Assembly: GCA_022448955.1 (NCBI GenBank)
Contig: JAKVCU010000006.1
Coordinates: forward strand, 276-64,275
Reading direction: 5' to 3'
From: Saprospiraceae bacterium
GTDB lineage: Bacteria > Bacteroidota > Bacteroidia > Chitinophagales > Saprospiraceae
DNA length: 64,000 bases
Shown: piece after piece, positions 52,691-63,420 of the stretch
Position numbering within the stretch: position 1 is the stretch's first letter
Layout of the letters: each line of letters starts with the position of its first letter
Notes under the pieces: generated by a model
What the model was told of the DNA's origin: nothing
Database searches by the model: none
The model's input: the letters and a program-made list of their open reading frames with translations, nothing else
Program-made: the position numbers and the translations under genes

Positions 52691-54610
52691 ATGGATAGGA
52701 ATACCGTCACGGGCTTATTGTTGATTTTTGGTCTTTTTATGTTGTTGCAATATATGAATAGCCCATCGCAAGAGCAAATTGAAGAGCAGCGTAGAATTCA
52801 AGACTCCATAGCTAGAGCAGATTTTATGCAGGATAGCCTTGCCAAAATACAGGCACAAAACCTAGCAGCGGAGGCTAATGATGTGCAAGAAAGTTTGGAT
52901 ATTGCCTCTGACTCTCTTAAACAGAGTCGCCTAACTAGCGAATTTGGACCTTTTGCATTAGCTGCAACTGGAAAAGAAAAAGATATTTTACTGGAAAACG
53001 ACGTTTTCAGAATTATATTTTCGAATAAAGGTGGCAGAATAAAAGAGGTGGAACTCAAAGAGTATTACAAAATTTATGAGGATGAAGAGAAGAATGAAGT
53101 CAAAACCTCCCTCAAACTTTTGGAAGACTCAAAAAATGAGTTTGGTTATTTCTTACCCATCGCTAATCTTCCAAGTGGTGGTATCAATACCGATGATCTT
53201 TACTTTGAAAGCTCCTCCTCCGGACAATCCATTAGCTTTAAGGCTTCCGCTGGAGAAGGTCGCTACTTCGAACAAATTTACACCCTTAAGGAAGGTAGTT
53301 ATGTGATTGATTATAAAGTCAAGTTTAACGGCCTACAAAATGTTCTTTCAGGAAATGCAGATCACATCAACTTAAAATGGGTTAATTTCCTTGATAAATT
53401 AGAGAAAAACGACACTTACGAACGCAACTATTCAAGCATATACTATAAACCACTTGGAGATGAACCCGGTCATTGTTCATGTACCTCCAACGACACAGAG
53501 GATGCTGATAACCAACGCATTAATTGGGTTTCCCATTCTAACCAGTTCTTCAACTCTAGTCTAATTGCCAAAGAAGAGCCTTTCCAAAGTGCAAAGATGG
53601 AAACGCTTATGCTAGATGCTGAAGAAGAAAACTTAAAAGAGCTTAAGACCAACTTTTTGCTTCCTTACGGTAGAGCAAATGAAGAAAGCTTCTCCATGGA
53701 TTTTTATATCGGTCCAAATGATTTTGAAGCACTGGCCAGTACAGCAGAAGATCTGGAATATATCATTCCGTTTGGCTGGAGTATTTTTGGTACGATCAAC
53801 CGTTGGATTATTCGTCCTATTTTTAGCTTCCTATCTACTTACATTGGAAGTGCAGGGATTGTCATCCTAGTACTTACATTTATAGTAAAACTAGTACTTT
53901 ATCCACTGACTTACAAAATGTTGCACTCTCAATCCAAAATGGGTGCTTTGAAACCACAGCTAGAAAATATGCGTGGTAAATTCAAGGATGATCAGCAAAA
54001 ACAACAAATGGAAACCATGAAACTCTATCGAGAGTTTGGGGTAAACCCACTAGGAGGATGTATGCCAATGGTACTACAAATGCCAATATGGTTTGCATTG
54101 TATCGCTTCTTCCCTGCTTCCATTGAGTTTCGTCAAGCAAGCTTCTTATGGGCAACAGATTTATCATCTTACGATGTATTTTTCCGCTTACCATTTGAAA
54201 TTCCATTTGGATTTGGTTCACACATCAGCTTATTTACTATCCTTTGGGCAACGACAACCTTGATCTATACTTTCTATAATACGAAACACATGGACTTCTC
54301 TGCTAATCCAGCGATGAAGTACATGCAGTATATCATGCCCATCTTCTTTGTTGGCTTCTTCAACAGCTTTGCATCTGGTTTGACTTGTTACCTGTTATTC
54401 TCTAACTTATTTAATATCACTCAAACGATCGTTACAAAGAACTACATTATTGATCAAGAGAAGATTAAACGAGAATTAGAGGAATATCGAAAGAAACCGA
54501 AAGAGGAAAAAACAAGTAAATTTCAACAAAGACTTCAACAAGCGATGGAAGAACAACAGAAGGTTCAGGCGCAACGTGAAGCACAAAAGAAAAAGAAAAA
54601 AAGAAAGTAA
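52691..54610 (+). CDS. yidC: membrane protein insertase YidC (long Bacteroidota form)
   Basis: N-terminal TM helix, a large periplasmic domain, a conserved 5-TM core (PLGGCMPMVLQMPIWFALY), and a Lys-rich tail. Confidence 0.93.
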   Translation: MDRNTVTGLLLIFGLFMLLQYMNSPSQEQIEEQRRIQDSIARADFMQDSLAKIQAQNLAAEANDVQESLDIASDSLKQSRLTSEFGPFALAATGKEKDILLENDVFRIIFSNKGGRIKEVELKEYYKIYEDEEKNEVKTSLKLLEDSKNEFGYFLPIANLPSGGINTDDLYFESSSSGQSISFKASAGEGRYFEQIYTLKEGSYVIDYKVKFNGLQNVLSGNADHINLKWVNFLDKLEKNDTYERNYSSIYYKPLGDEPGHCSCTSNDTEDADNQRINWVSHSNQFFNSSLIAKEEPFQSAKMETLMLDAEEENLKELKTNFLLPYGRANEESFSMDFYIGPNDFEALASTAEDLEYIIPFGWSIFGTINRWIIRPIFSFLSTYIGSAGIVILVLTFIVKLVLYPLTYKMLHSQSKMGALKPQLENMRGKFKDDQQKQQMETMKLYREFGVNPLGGCMPMVLQMPIWFALYRFFPASIEFRQASFLWATDLSSYDVFFRLPFEIPFGFGSHISLFTILWATTTLIYTFYNTKHMDFSANPAMKYMQYIMPIFFVGFFNSFASGLTCYLLFSNLFNITQTIVTKNYIIDQEKIKRELEEYRKKPKEEKTSKFQQRLQQAMEEQQKVQAQREAQKKKKKRK

Positions 54611-54624
54611 TATTTCTATAAATA

Positions 54625-54657
54625 AAAAGCCCTTTGAACAGATTTCAAAGGGCTTTT
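54625..54657 (+). terminator. rho-independent terminator of yidC
   Basis: aaaagccctttgaa cagat ttcaaagggctttt, a 14-bp stem followed by T residues. Confidence 0.85.
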
Positions 54658-54681
54658 TTATATTTTGGTATTTCAATATCT

Positions 54682-55239
54682 ATGCTTATGTCTTCTAGAA
54701 TTTTACCCATTTCTGTATTCAGCTTTCTTTTATTTACATTTTGCACACCTAAAAGCACAGAACAACTCCCAAAGCAAAAGACCTTAACGGAAAGCGAAGC
54801 ACCACTTGAAATAGGGCTGATGGAAGAACAGGAAAGGGAAACAATTAGTATGTTGATTAGCTTTCGTAAATCTTCTTGCTACGGTAACTGCCCTGCCTAC
54901 GAAGCTCGATTTTATTCAGATGGTACAGTTCTTTATCATGGAATAAGAAATGTAAAATACCAAGGCTATTTTAAATCTACAGGGCAGCAAACCATGATCC
55001 ATAGTATTTTAAAAAATGCTGAAGCGATTCGTTTCTTTGACCTAGCCGATTTTTATCCAATAGATGCACCAGCCATACCAGACTTACCTTCTACATTTAC
55101 TTACATCAACTACAAAGGCAAGGAGAAAAAGATTCAAAACAATTATGATGGACCAAATACTCTATTTGAGTTGCAAAAACAAATCGCAGATCAGCTGGCC
55201 ACAATAAAGTGGCAAGCTGATTCGAAATGGGATGATTAA
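54682..55239 (+). CDS. DUF6438-like lipoprotein
   Basis: SSCYGNCPAYEARFYSDGTVLYHG motif. The ATG at 54682 is preferred because the upstream TTG lies inside the yidC terminator. Confidence 0.65.
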   Translation: MLMSSRILPISVFSFLLFTFCTPKSTEQLPKQKTLTESEAPLEIGLMEEQERETISMLISFRKSSCYGNCPAYEARFYSDGTVLYHGIRNVKYQGYFKSTGQQTMIHSILKNAEAIRFFDLADFYPIDAPAIPDLPSTFTYINYKGKEKKIQNNYDGPNTLFELQKQIADQLATIKWQADSKWDD

Positions 55240-57686
55240 AGAAGATTAATATCACTAAATGAAGCAGGTATTTCTGCTATCAATACCCCATTTTTGTATT
55301 CAAAATTAAAGGAACTTCCATCAATCAACAGCTGCTTTGGTTGTTCATTTAAGCCAATCCATTCTAATTCAAAAGATTTCAAATCGCCGGAATAAAGGCC
55401 CTCTATCGTCTGGTGAATTTGGCCTGATTCTACTCGATATTTGCGTAAGCTAAATTGCCCTTTTTCATAAGCGTAGCCCTCTCCATTGTCTAAATACAAT
55501 GTACTTTCTGCCTCACCAGCATAGACTTTCAAGGTCATTTTCTCTATTATCTTCTCCCCTACAAATTGCTGTACAGGGAATAACGGCAGTACCGCTCCTG
55601 CTCTTACATAAAATGGGATGTAACCCATTTCTAAAGATACAGCCCCCATTTTACCACCCCCTCTTTGCTCCTTAGTGTAGTAGTGATACCATTCGCCTTT
55701 CGGCAAATATAAAAGCTGTCCTTTCTGGCCTTCCTCCAAAACTGGACTTACTACAATATGATCACCAAACAAGAATTCATTTTCTCTTTCTAAGCAAATT
55801 TTATCAGATTGGTCCTCAAACGATAAACTTCTTAGTATGGGTAAACCTTGGCTTATATTCTGCCAAAATGCCGTATATAAATAGGGTAATAACTGATAAC
55901 GCAGTTCAATTGCCTTACGAACTGAATCCGTGATTTCATCACCAAATGACCATGGCTCTTGATCCATTCGATTAAAAGCTTCTGCTAATTTAATCGCCTC
56001 TGCATCTACCAAAGAAGCGCCATCTGCATGATTCCCCATGGAATGAGTACGGAATAATGGGTGGAAAATACCCAATTGTACCCACCGAAGATATAACTCA
56101 GGTTCTGGCTCTCCCGCAAATCCACCAATGTCTGTTCCTACAAAAGAATAGCCCGAAATACTCAAACGCTGGCACTGAATATTTGCTAAACGCAGATGCT
56201 CCCAAGTTGCTAAATTATCACCAGTCCAAACAGCCGCATATTGCTGTCCACCACTAAACGAAGCTCTTGTTAAGACAAATGGTCTTTTTTCAGGACTTAG
56301 TTCCTTTAAGCCCTCATAAGTTGATCTTGACATTTGATGACCATAAATATTATGTGCTCTTGGATGGGTATTTGGTTCGCCATCCATATCATGCATAATT
56401 TCATCTGGGAAAGTATAGGAATTGACCTTAAAAACAGCTGGCTCGTTCATATCATTCCAAAAACCACTCACTCCTTGCTCTTGATACAACTCCTTATACA
56501 ATCCTTTCCACCAATCTCTCACTTTTGGATGGGTATAATCTGGGAAGACACACTCTTCTGGCCAAACTGGCCCAATCATCAAATCTCCATTTGTTCTTTT
56601 ACAAAACATATCTTTTTCAATCCCTTCATCATATATCGAATACCCCTCCTCTACCTTAATTCCTGGGTCGATCATTACAATGGTTTGAAGTCCCACATCC
56701 TTTAAACGATCAATCATCCATTTTAGACGAGGAAAATATTCCTTATTCCAAGTAAAGCATCGATAAGCATCCATATAATCAATATCTAAATAAATAGCAT
56801 CACACGGAATCTGTTTTTCACGGAATTGCTCTGCAAGTTCCAACACTCTATTCTCAGGGAAATAACTCCAACGACATTGATGATAGCCTAGTGCCCACAT
56901 AGGTGGTAATTCAGGAGTACCTGTGATCTGATGGTAAGATTGGCTTACAGCTATCAACTCTGGACCATACATAAAAAAGTAATCCATCTCTCCTCCTTCT
57001 GCCCAAAAGCTTGTATAGCCTTCCATATCACTATCAAAGTCAAAATGAGAGCGATAAGTATTGTGAAAGAAAATGCCATAAGCATGTCCTTCTTTTACCC
57101 CATAATAGAAAGGCACTGTACGATATAATGGATCTGATTCTTTAGAAAAGCCAAAGGCATCTGTATTCCAATTTTGTAACTGCTGACCTCTTAAATTCAA
57201 GTTACCTGACTTATCTCCTAATCCAAAGTAATATTCATCTTTAGCTGCTTTCTTGCTAATGTTAACTTCGATTAGTCCTTTGTGTATTGTTGTCCTTGCC
57301 CGATAAGGTTTTGCATCTTCAAGGATTAGATGATTATCCTTATCAAGGATTTTCACCCTCAAATCCGACTTACTTACGAATATTTGAATAGCCTTGGTTA
57401 TGATTGCATATTCTGAGCTTGTTTCCCGAATATCAATCTTTGTAGACTCTATTTGAAAATCTTCCGCTAATACATAGGAGAAATCTCTTTCAAATTGTCC
57501 ATTATAGGTATATCTAAATCGTACAATCTTCTCGTTATAAACCACCACTTTTAATGCGGCTTTATTTTCGCAAGAAAACAAAAAGTTTTGCTGATCAACT
57601 TCGATAGTTACCACTTTCTCTGGCAAACGATCTTTAAATACATCATCAAATCGGTCAAAACCTTTTGTTTTTTCGTATCTAATCAT
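55236..57686 (-). CDS. GH31 alpha-glucosidase family protein
   Basis: GFWNDMNEP nucleophile region and WTGDN. 816 aa, with no signal peptide evident. Confidence 0.9.
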   Translation of the reverse strand: MIRYEKTKGFDRFDDVFKDRLPEKVVTIEVDQQNFLFSCENKAALKVVVYNEKIVRFRYTYNGQFERDFSYVLAEDFQIESTKIDIRETSSEYAIITKAIQIFVSKSDLRVKILDKDNHLILEDAKPYRARTTIHKGLIEVNISKKAAKDEYYFGLGDKSGNLNLRGQQLQNWNTDAFGFSKESDPLYRTVPFYYGVKEGHAYGIFFHNTYRSHFDFDSDMEGYTSFWAEGGEMDYFFMYGPELIAVSQSYHQITGTPELPPMWALGYHQCRWSYFPENRVLELAEQFREKQIPCDAIYLDIDYMDAYRCFTWNKEYFPRLKWMIDRLKDVGLQTIVMIDPGIKVEEGYSIYDEGIEKDMFCKRTNGDLMIGPVWPEECVFPDYTHPKVRDWWKGLYKELYQEQGVSGFWNDMNEPAVFKVNSYTFPDEIMHDMDGEPNTHPRAHNIYGHQMSRSTYEGLKELSPEKRPFVLTRASFSGGQQYAAVWTGDNLATWEHLRLANIQCQRLSISGYSFVGTDIGGFAGEPEPELYLRWVQLGIFHPLFRTHSMGNHADGASLVDAEAIKLAEAFNRMDQEPWSFGDEITDSVRKAIELRYQLLPYLYTAFWQNISQGLPILRSLSFEDQSDKICLERENEFLFGDHIVVSPVLEEGQKGQLLYLPKGEWYHYYTKEQRGGGKMGAVSLEMGYIPFYVRAGAVLPLFPVQQFVGEKIIEKMTLKVYAGEAESTLYLDNGEGYAYEKGQFSLRKYRVESGQIHQTIEGLYSGDLKSFELEWIGLNEQPKQLLIDGSSFNFEYKNGVLIAEIPASFSDINLL

Positions 57687-59358
57687 TTTCTAAAACGTTT
57701 TGGTATTCGTATTCAAATCGGGCATGACGATTACATTCTTGTTTAACTTTTTCTTTCTCTTCTAATACCTTTGCATCATCCCATAGGAAGTAGTTTTGAA
57801 ATTCCTTCAAAATCGGTAATAATACTTTTTCTATACTTGGTAGATCAAAATACAAACGCCCTGTGCGGCGATTGAAATAGTCCATTGGTTTGATAACCAA
57901 CTCATTTTCAACAGTAAACCACAATTCTGCTTTGGCTAAAGCCAAATGAATGGGATCACTGCTGTATTCATTCATCTTTTCAATAATGGCATCACTTTGC
58001 TTACCATAATTGGCTACAAGATATGATGCATGATAGTCTTCTAAACCTTTAGCGATCAACTCTTGATGGATAGACTCCGTATATTGAGCTACCTCTTTTG
58101 CGTTTGCAAATGGGCCTCCAATAAGTGGAATGTTATGGGTTTGATTCCTTTTTAAATTTTGGCCACTTGCTACTTGGTATTTTTTGGCTACCATATCAAC
58201 GATACGTTCTGCCATTTTACGATAGCCAGTTAACTTTCCTCCTGCAATGGATAGCAAACCAGTCGATGATTCAAAGATTTCATCCTTGCGTGACATTTCA
58301 GAAGCAGATTTCCCTTCTTCGTGTATCAATGGACGCAAACCAGCCCAACTAGATTCCACATCTTCTTTCATCAAATTGATATCAGGAAACATCTGATTAA
58401 CTGCTTTCAACAAATAATCTGCATCTTCTTGATAAACAGGTATATTGTTGATATCTCCATCATAAGGCGTATCTGTTGTACCGATATACGTCACCCTATT
58501 TCTAGGAATAGCAAAAATCATGCGTCCATCAGGTACATCAAAATAAACGGAATGTTGAATAGGGAAACGCTCATGAGGAACGACGATATGAACGCCCTTT
58601 GAAAGGAAAAGGTGTTTCCCTTTTAAAGAGTCATCTTTTTTACGCAATTTATCAACCCAAGGACCAGCAGCACTAATAATATAATTAGCCTTTATTTCAA
58701 ATTGCTCCTCAGACAATTGATCTTTGCAGATGGCACCGTTTACTTTGCCCTTTTTATCATACAAAAATTCTTCAGCCTTAATATAGTTGAGGCAAATTGC
58801 TCCTTGCTGAACAGCTGTTTTGATATTTTCAATAGTCAAACGTGCATCATCTGTTCGATACTCTGCGTAGAAACCACCACCTTGTAAAATATCCTTTCTA
58901 ATGAGTGGTTCCTTTTTTGCAGTAGCTTTCATGCTTAGCATTCTTCTTCTATCCTCTCCTTTTACGCCAGCTAAAATATCGTACACCCACAAGCCGATGG
59001 AAGTCGCAAAACTTCCATAAGTTCCACCTTTCACTAATGGTAAAAGCATCTTTTCTGCAACCACCAAATGAGGAGCCAGTTTATGAACAATGGCTCGCTC
59101 CTGCCCTACTTCTCGTACCAGCTGTATCTCGAATTGCTTCAAATATCTCAGTCCACCATGAATCAATTTTGTAGATTTACTACTTGTGCCTGATGCGAAA
59201 TCATCCTTCTCTATTAATGCTACCTTCAACCCTCTGGAAGCTGCATCCAAAGCAATACCTGCACCAGTAATTCCACCACCTATAACCAATAAGTCATAAG
59301 TGACATCCTGAAGAGAATAGATAATTTGTGGTCTTTGAATAGAAGAAAGTGTATTCAT
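57679..59358 (-). CDS. glpD: FAD-dependent glycerol-3-phosphate dehydrogenase/oxidase
   Basis: DLLVIGGGITGAGIALDAASRGLKVALIEKDDFASGTSSKSTKLIHGGLRYL. The stop overlaps the GH31 start by 8 nt. Confidence 0.9.
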   Translation of the reverse strand: MNTLSSIQRPQIIYSLQDVTYDLLVIGGGITGAGIALDAASRGLKVALIEKDDFASGTSSKSTKLIHGGLRYLKQFEIQLVREVGQERAIVHKLAPHLVVAEKMLLPLVKGGTYGSFATSIGLWVYDILAGVKGEDRRRMLSMKATAKKEPLIRKDILQGGGFYAEYRTDDARLTIENIKTAVQQGAICLNYIKAEEFLYDKKGKVNGAICKDQLSEEQFEIKANYIISAAGPWVDKLRKKDDSLKGKHLFLSKGVHIVVPHERFPIQHSVYFDVPDGRMIFAIPRNRVTYIGTTDTPYDGDINNIPVYQEDADYLLKAVNQMFPDINLMKEDVESSWAGLRPLIHEEGKSASEMSRKDEIFESSTGLLSIAGGKLTGYRKMAERIVDMVAKKYQVASGQNLKRNQTHNIPLIGGPFANAKEVAQYTESIHQELIAKGLEDYHASYLVANYGKQSDAIIEKMNEYSSDPIHLALAKAELWFTVENELVIKPMDYFNRRTGRLYFDLPSIEKVLLPILKEFQNYFLWDDAKVLEEKEKVKQECNRHARFEYEYQNVLEND

Positions 59359-59594
59359 TATGTTGGATTATATGGTAGTTTACTAATTCAATAAAACAGT
59401 ACTAAATTCAGTTTTTTAGAAAATTTTGACTTATTATTTCTTTCTTTCCACCAATAACTTGCTTTTATTTTAAAATTCTTTCTAGAAAGAAGAAAAATAC
59501 TGTGTGAAAAGTTGGTAACTTTATCACTTAGCACTTTGTGTCAAAATTACAATAAGTTTTAGTTGCTATCAAGCTTATATCTAATTAATTACAC

Positions 59595-60536
59595 ATGCAA
59601 AGCCGAAGAAATAAAGAAATAGATATCCTTTGTGCAGGCGAACTATTAGTGGACCTAATGACCACTGATTACGCTGATAAAATTGATGGTAATCGTTTAT
59701 TCAAACCAGTCCAAGGTGGAAGCCCAGCAAATTTATGCCTCAACATGGCTCGATTGAATAACCAAGCCAAACTAGTCTGCACAGTTGGATCTGATGGTCT
59801 AGGCGACTTTTTACTAGATAATGTACGTATGGGAGGCGTAGATTGTTCATTGGTTCATCGATCTCAGGAACCCACTACTATCATCTTAGTATCTCATTCA
59901 CTTAACTTGCCTAGTTTTGAAGCATATAGAACGGCTGATAAGCATATTACAATGGATCAATTACCAAGTGATATTCTTGATAACACCAATATATTTCATA
60001 CGACTTGTTTTGGTATGAGTTTGGCCCCAGCCCAAGATTCTATTATGGCAGTAGCTAGAAAATCAAACGACTATCAATTACAACTCAGTATTGATGCCAA
60101 CTATGCACAAAAAGTATGGCCAAATCAGCAACAAGCACAAGAGTTAGTGGCAGAGTACGTAAGTTATGGGGCACTGGTAAAGCTAAGTGAGGTAGATTGG
60201 CAAAGACTTTATAATCAACCGCTTAGACAGGCGGAAATAGCTGCAGAACATTTTCTCAAACTAGGAGCCAAGCAAGTATGTGTTACCTTGGGTGCAGATG
60301 GAGCATACCTAGCAACAGCGGCAGAATCTCACTTCCTTGCAGCTCGCCCTGTTACCGTTCGAGATACCACAGGTGCTGGCGATGCTTTTTGGTCAGGTTT
60401 TCTAACTGCTTACCTTGACGGAAAAAACCCACTCAACTGCCTCAAAGCAGGCCGAAAAATGGCAGAGATAAAACTAGAACATATAGGTCCACTACAGCGG
60501 AAAATGGATAAGCAAGAAATTTATGTGGATCTATAG
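59595..60536 (+). CDS. PfkB-family carbohydrate kinase
   Basis: GGSPAN N-terminal motif and DTTGAGDAF C-terminal motif. 313 aa. Confidence 0.85.
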   Translation: MQSRRNKEIDILCAGELLVDLMTTDYADKIDGNRLFKPVQGGSPANLCLNMARLNNQAKLVCTVGSDGLGDFLLDNVRMGGVDCSLVHRSQEPTTIILVSHSLNLPSFEAYRTADKHITMDQLPSDILDNTNIFHTTCFGMSLAPAQDSIMAVARKSNDYQLQLSIDANYAQKVWPNQQQAQELVAEYVSYGALVKLSEVDWQRLYNQPLRQAEIAAEHFLKLGAKQVCVTLGADGAYLATAAESHFLAARPVTVRDTTGAGDAFWSGFLTAYLDGKNPLNCLKAGRKMAEIKLEHIGPLQRKMDKQEIYVDL

Positions 60537-60542
60537 GACTCA

Positions 60543-61664
60543 TCAGGAGTTTTCGTCTTCTGTTTCTGCCTCTCCGATGATTTGAATTAAGCCAAGATCT
60601 TTGGCTCTTTGTTCCCATTTTCGACGCGCCAAATCTTGCATGTCTTCACTATTATCCATTTCATCTACAATTTCTAAGCCTAAAAGGGTTTCAATGACAT
60701 CCTCCATGGAAGCAATACCTGCCATACCTCCAAACTCATCCACTACAAGTGCAATATGCTCTCTGGTTTCGATAAACTTTGTGAAGAGATCAGGAATTGG
60801 AAACTGTTCATTCACGATTAAGATATCTCTTTTGATACTTTTAAGTGCTTGATCCCCTTTTTTATCAATAATATGCTGAAGCAACTCATCTTTTAAGAAA
60901 AATCCAGTAATCTGATCTTTAGCCTCTTTAAAAATAGGCACTCTTGAGAAACGTAATGCATCCCTGTATTTTTCATAAAACTCATTAATAGTCATTTCTT
61001 CATTAGAAGCCACTACAACCGTTCTAGGGGTCATTACATCCTTCGTACGAATGGTATTAAAACGAAGTAAGTTTTTGATAATTTTAGATTCCCCTTCTTT
61101 AAAAACACCTGTTTTTTCACCTATATCTGTCATGGCAGAAAAGTCTGCACGGCTCAATATACTTTTTGACTTATCTTTCTTTAGACTCTTAGTGATTTTC
61201 TGACTCAACCACACAAAAGGAAATAAAATCTTAATCACAAAATCTAGGGATAAAACCGTAAAATTAGTTAATCGCTTCCAATAATTTGCTCCTAATGTTT
61301 TAGGGATAATCTCTGAAAGAATAAGAATAGCTAAAGTCATTACTGTAGCTATAATAGCATTGACTCCGATGTGAAACCCAAATAAATCAAAACCACCACT
61401 TGATTCAAAAACCTTTTCTGCCTGAGCACCTACGCCAATTGCACCTACCGTATGGGCAATAGTATTCAATGTTAAAATAGCAGAAAGAGGACGATCAATA
61501 TTGTCCTTAAATTCATCTAATAATTGACCAACCTTCCCTCCTTCTTTTAATTTGATTTGGGCATAAGAAGGTGTAATACTCAATAAAACGGCCTCCCAAA
61601 TGGAGCATAGAAATGAAAAAATGATTGAAACTAAAAAAAATACTACTAAAGAAAAATAAACCAT
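60543..61664 (-). CDS. CNNM/DUF21 + CBS-pair membrane protein (hemolysin/CorC family), no CorC_HlyC tail
   Basis: Four TM helices at the N-terminus followed by two CBS modules. 373 aa. Confidence 0.8.
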   Translation of the reverse strand: MVYFSLVVFFLVSIIFSFLCSIWEAVLLSITPSYAQIKLKEGGKVGQLLDEFKDNIDRPLSAILTLNTIAHTVGAIGVGAQAEKVFESSGGFDLFGFHIGVNAIIATVMTLAILILSEIIPKTLGANYWKRLTNFTVLSLDFVIKILFPFVWLSQKITKSLKKDKSKSILSRADFSAMTDIGEKTGVFKEGESKIIKNLLRFNTIRTKDVMTPRTVVVASNEEMTINEFYEKYRDALRFSRVPIFKEAKDQITGFFLKDELLQHIIDKKGDQALKSIKRDILIVNEQFPIPDLFTKFIETREHIALVVDEFGGMAGIASMEDVIETLLGLEIVDEMDNSEDMQDLARRKWEQRAKDLGLIQIIGEAETEDENS

Positions 61665-61952
61665 GGTGTTTACTTAAAGCGAAGTTTTGGTTTGAATCGC
61701 TAATTTTCAACAAAGATATACAAATGTTATTGAGTTGCGCAGGCTATTTGTATAAAGCCTATTAATATTCCTTTTATTTCCTAGCATTCGACGACGAACT
61801 TAAGTATCCCAACGATCAATAAAAACTATCACAATCAACAAAAAACACAATAAAACAATAATAAACAACAATAAAAATATAAAAACAGCATTAAATTAGT
61901 AAACAATAATTAATCTCACTCTTTCAAAATTGTCGAATCAAAACGAGAAACC

Positions 61953-62750
61953 ATGAAGAATTCTATTTTAGCGCAAGCCTTTGAGGTATTAACAGAAAGG
62001 GATGTACATTTTGAAAAAATCGGAAGGGATGAATACCAAAATCGTGTCATTTGGGGGCAAATTCTACTCATCTTTCTTTTCACCTTTTTTTATGGACTCA
62101 TTATGGGCTCATACAATAGTGTAGCTCAGGCATTAATCACAGGGCTCAAACTGTGGATGTTACTATTCTTAACACTAATTATATGTTTCCCTTCTTTTTA
62201 TATTGTGCAACTCATCTTAGGTTCGAAAATCAAGATCAGACAATTGCTGATTCTCATTTTAAGTGGATTTGTGATGACAACCACTATCATGGTAGCTTTT
62301 GCTCCTATCACCTTGTTTTTCCAACTTTCAGGTGGCAATTATTCCTTTTTGCAATTACTGCATGTCTTTGTTTTTTTCTTTTCTGGATTTTTTGGAATGC
62401 GTGTAGTACTAGATGCTTTAAAAAGCACCTTTGAGGCATCTAATGTTTATCCAAAAGTTGGGATTTCAGTCTTTAGAATATGGATTGTCATTTTCGCTTT
62501 TGTAGGGATTCAGTTATCTTGGAATTTGAGGCCTTTCATAGGCAACAGAGATATGCCCTTTGAAATATTACGGACAGATACTAGAGGAAATTTTTACTCC
62601 ACGGTATTTGGTGCGCTAGGCAATTTATTTGATGGTCCTAATAGACAAATAAAGAGTGCATCAAAGGTAGAAGAGATACCATCGCCCGATAGTATACCTT
62701 CAAAGGATAGCATCACTATAGACTCTATTCCACAAACAGATACTCAATAA
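61953..62750 (+). CDS. multi-pass membrane protein of unknown function
   Basis: About five or six hydrophobic helices and a hydrophilic tail with DSIP-like mini-repeats (SPDSIPSKDSITIDSIPQTD). Confidence 0.6.
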   Translation: MKNSILAQAFEVLTERDVHFEKIGRDEYQNRVIWGQILLIFLFTFFYGLIMGSYNSVAQALITGLKLWMLLFLTLIICFPSFYIVQLILGSKIKIRQLLILILSGFVMTTTIMVAFAPITLFFQLSGGNYSFLQLLHVFVFFFSGFFGMRVVLDALKSTFEASNVYPKVGISVFRIWIVIFAFVGIQLSWNLRPFIGNRDMPFEILRTDTRGNFYSTVFGALGNLFDGPNRQIKSASKVEEIPSPDSIPSKDSITIDSIPQTDTQ

Positions 62751-62755
62751 TTGGT

Positions 62756-62974
62756 ATGGATGACATTATGACCATAGAAGAGGTGGCTAAATACTTAAAA
62801 ATGAAGCCACAAACTATTTATACCTGGGCACAAAATGGTAAAATCCCAGCTGCCAAGCTTGGAAAAGAGTGGCGGTTTAAGAAGTCCCTCATTGATGAGT
62901 GGTTTAACCAACACATTGATGAGAGATTTCATCCAATTATAAAAAAATTGAAGGATCAAAAAGATAAATCATGA
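62756..62974 (+). CDS. small helix-turn-helix DNA-binding protein (MerR/excisionase-type HTH)
   Basis: MTIEEVAKYLKMKPQTIYTWAQNGKIPAAKLGKEWRFKKSLIDEWF is the typical excisionase-family HTH. Confidence 0.75.
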   Translation: MDDIMTIEEVAKYLKMKPQTIYTWAQNGKIPAAKLGKEWRFKKSLIDEWFNQHIDERFHPIIKKLKDQKDKS

Positions 62975-63420
62975 GAAAGCTAATTATAATTACAGTAATT
63001 CTATTTTGCCTTTTCCGAGCATATACTGCTGTATTCTGGCCTAAGCATATTTTTAGTCCAGCGCCAGCATGTACTAGTCATCCTTTCCTGAGCGAAAATT
63101 GGGAAGATGATGTATTGGATCCCTCCTATCAAAAGAAAATTAGTTCGTTTCTACAAAATTATCAGCCGAATGATTTTCGGTATTTTCGTGAAACATTCAT
63201 CAAAGAAAAAGGAGACACTAACATCATCTTAAATCTAAGAAATGAACAACATTGTTTTCATGCTTTATTTCATATTGACCATTTCAAACAATTAGACAAA
63301 ATGGTCAGTGCAAATGGTCAATCTTGGCCAAAAGAATTATACGATGTAGAATGGAGAATAGAAAACAGACAAGGGCAGCCTATTTTACTTTTTACAAAAA
63401 TGGCAGAAGTCATCGATTAA
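62971..63420 (+). CDS. membrane-anchored hypothetical protein
   Basis: 149 aa with an N-terminal TM helix. The start overlaps the HTH gene stop by 4 nt. No family recognised. Confidence 0.5.
   Translation: MRKLIIITVILFCLFRAYTAVFWPKHIFSPAPACTSHPFLSENWEDDVLDPSYQKKISSFLQNYQPNDFRYFRETFIKEKGDTNIILNLRNEQHCFHALFHIDHFKQLDKMVSANGQSWPKELYDVEWRIENRQGQPILLFTKMAEVID

Noticed and set aside
62756-62974. Excisionase-family HTH as a marker of an integrated mobile element
   Set aside because: No integrase, transposase, tRNA attachment site, direct repeats or phage/conjugation genes occur in the flanks visible here. The gene is embedded in a small operon with membrane proteins.
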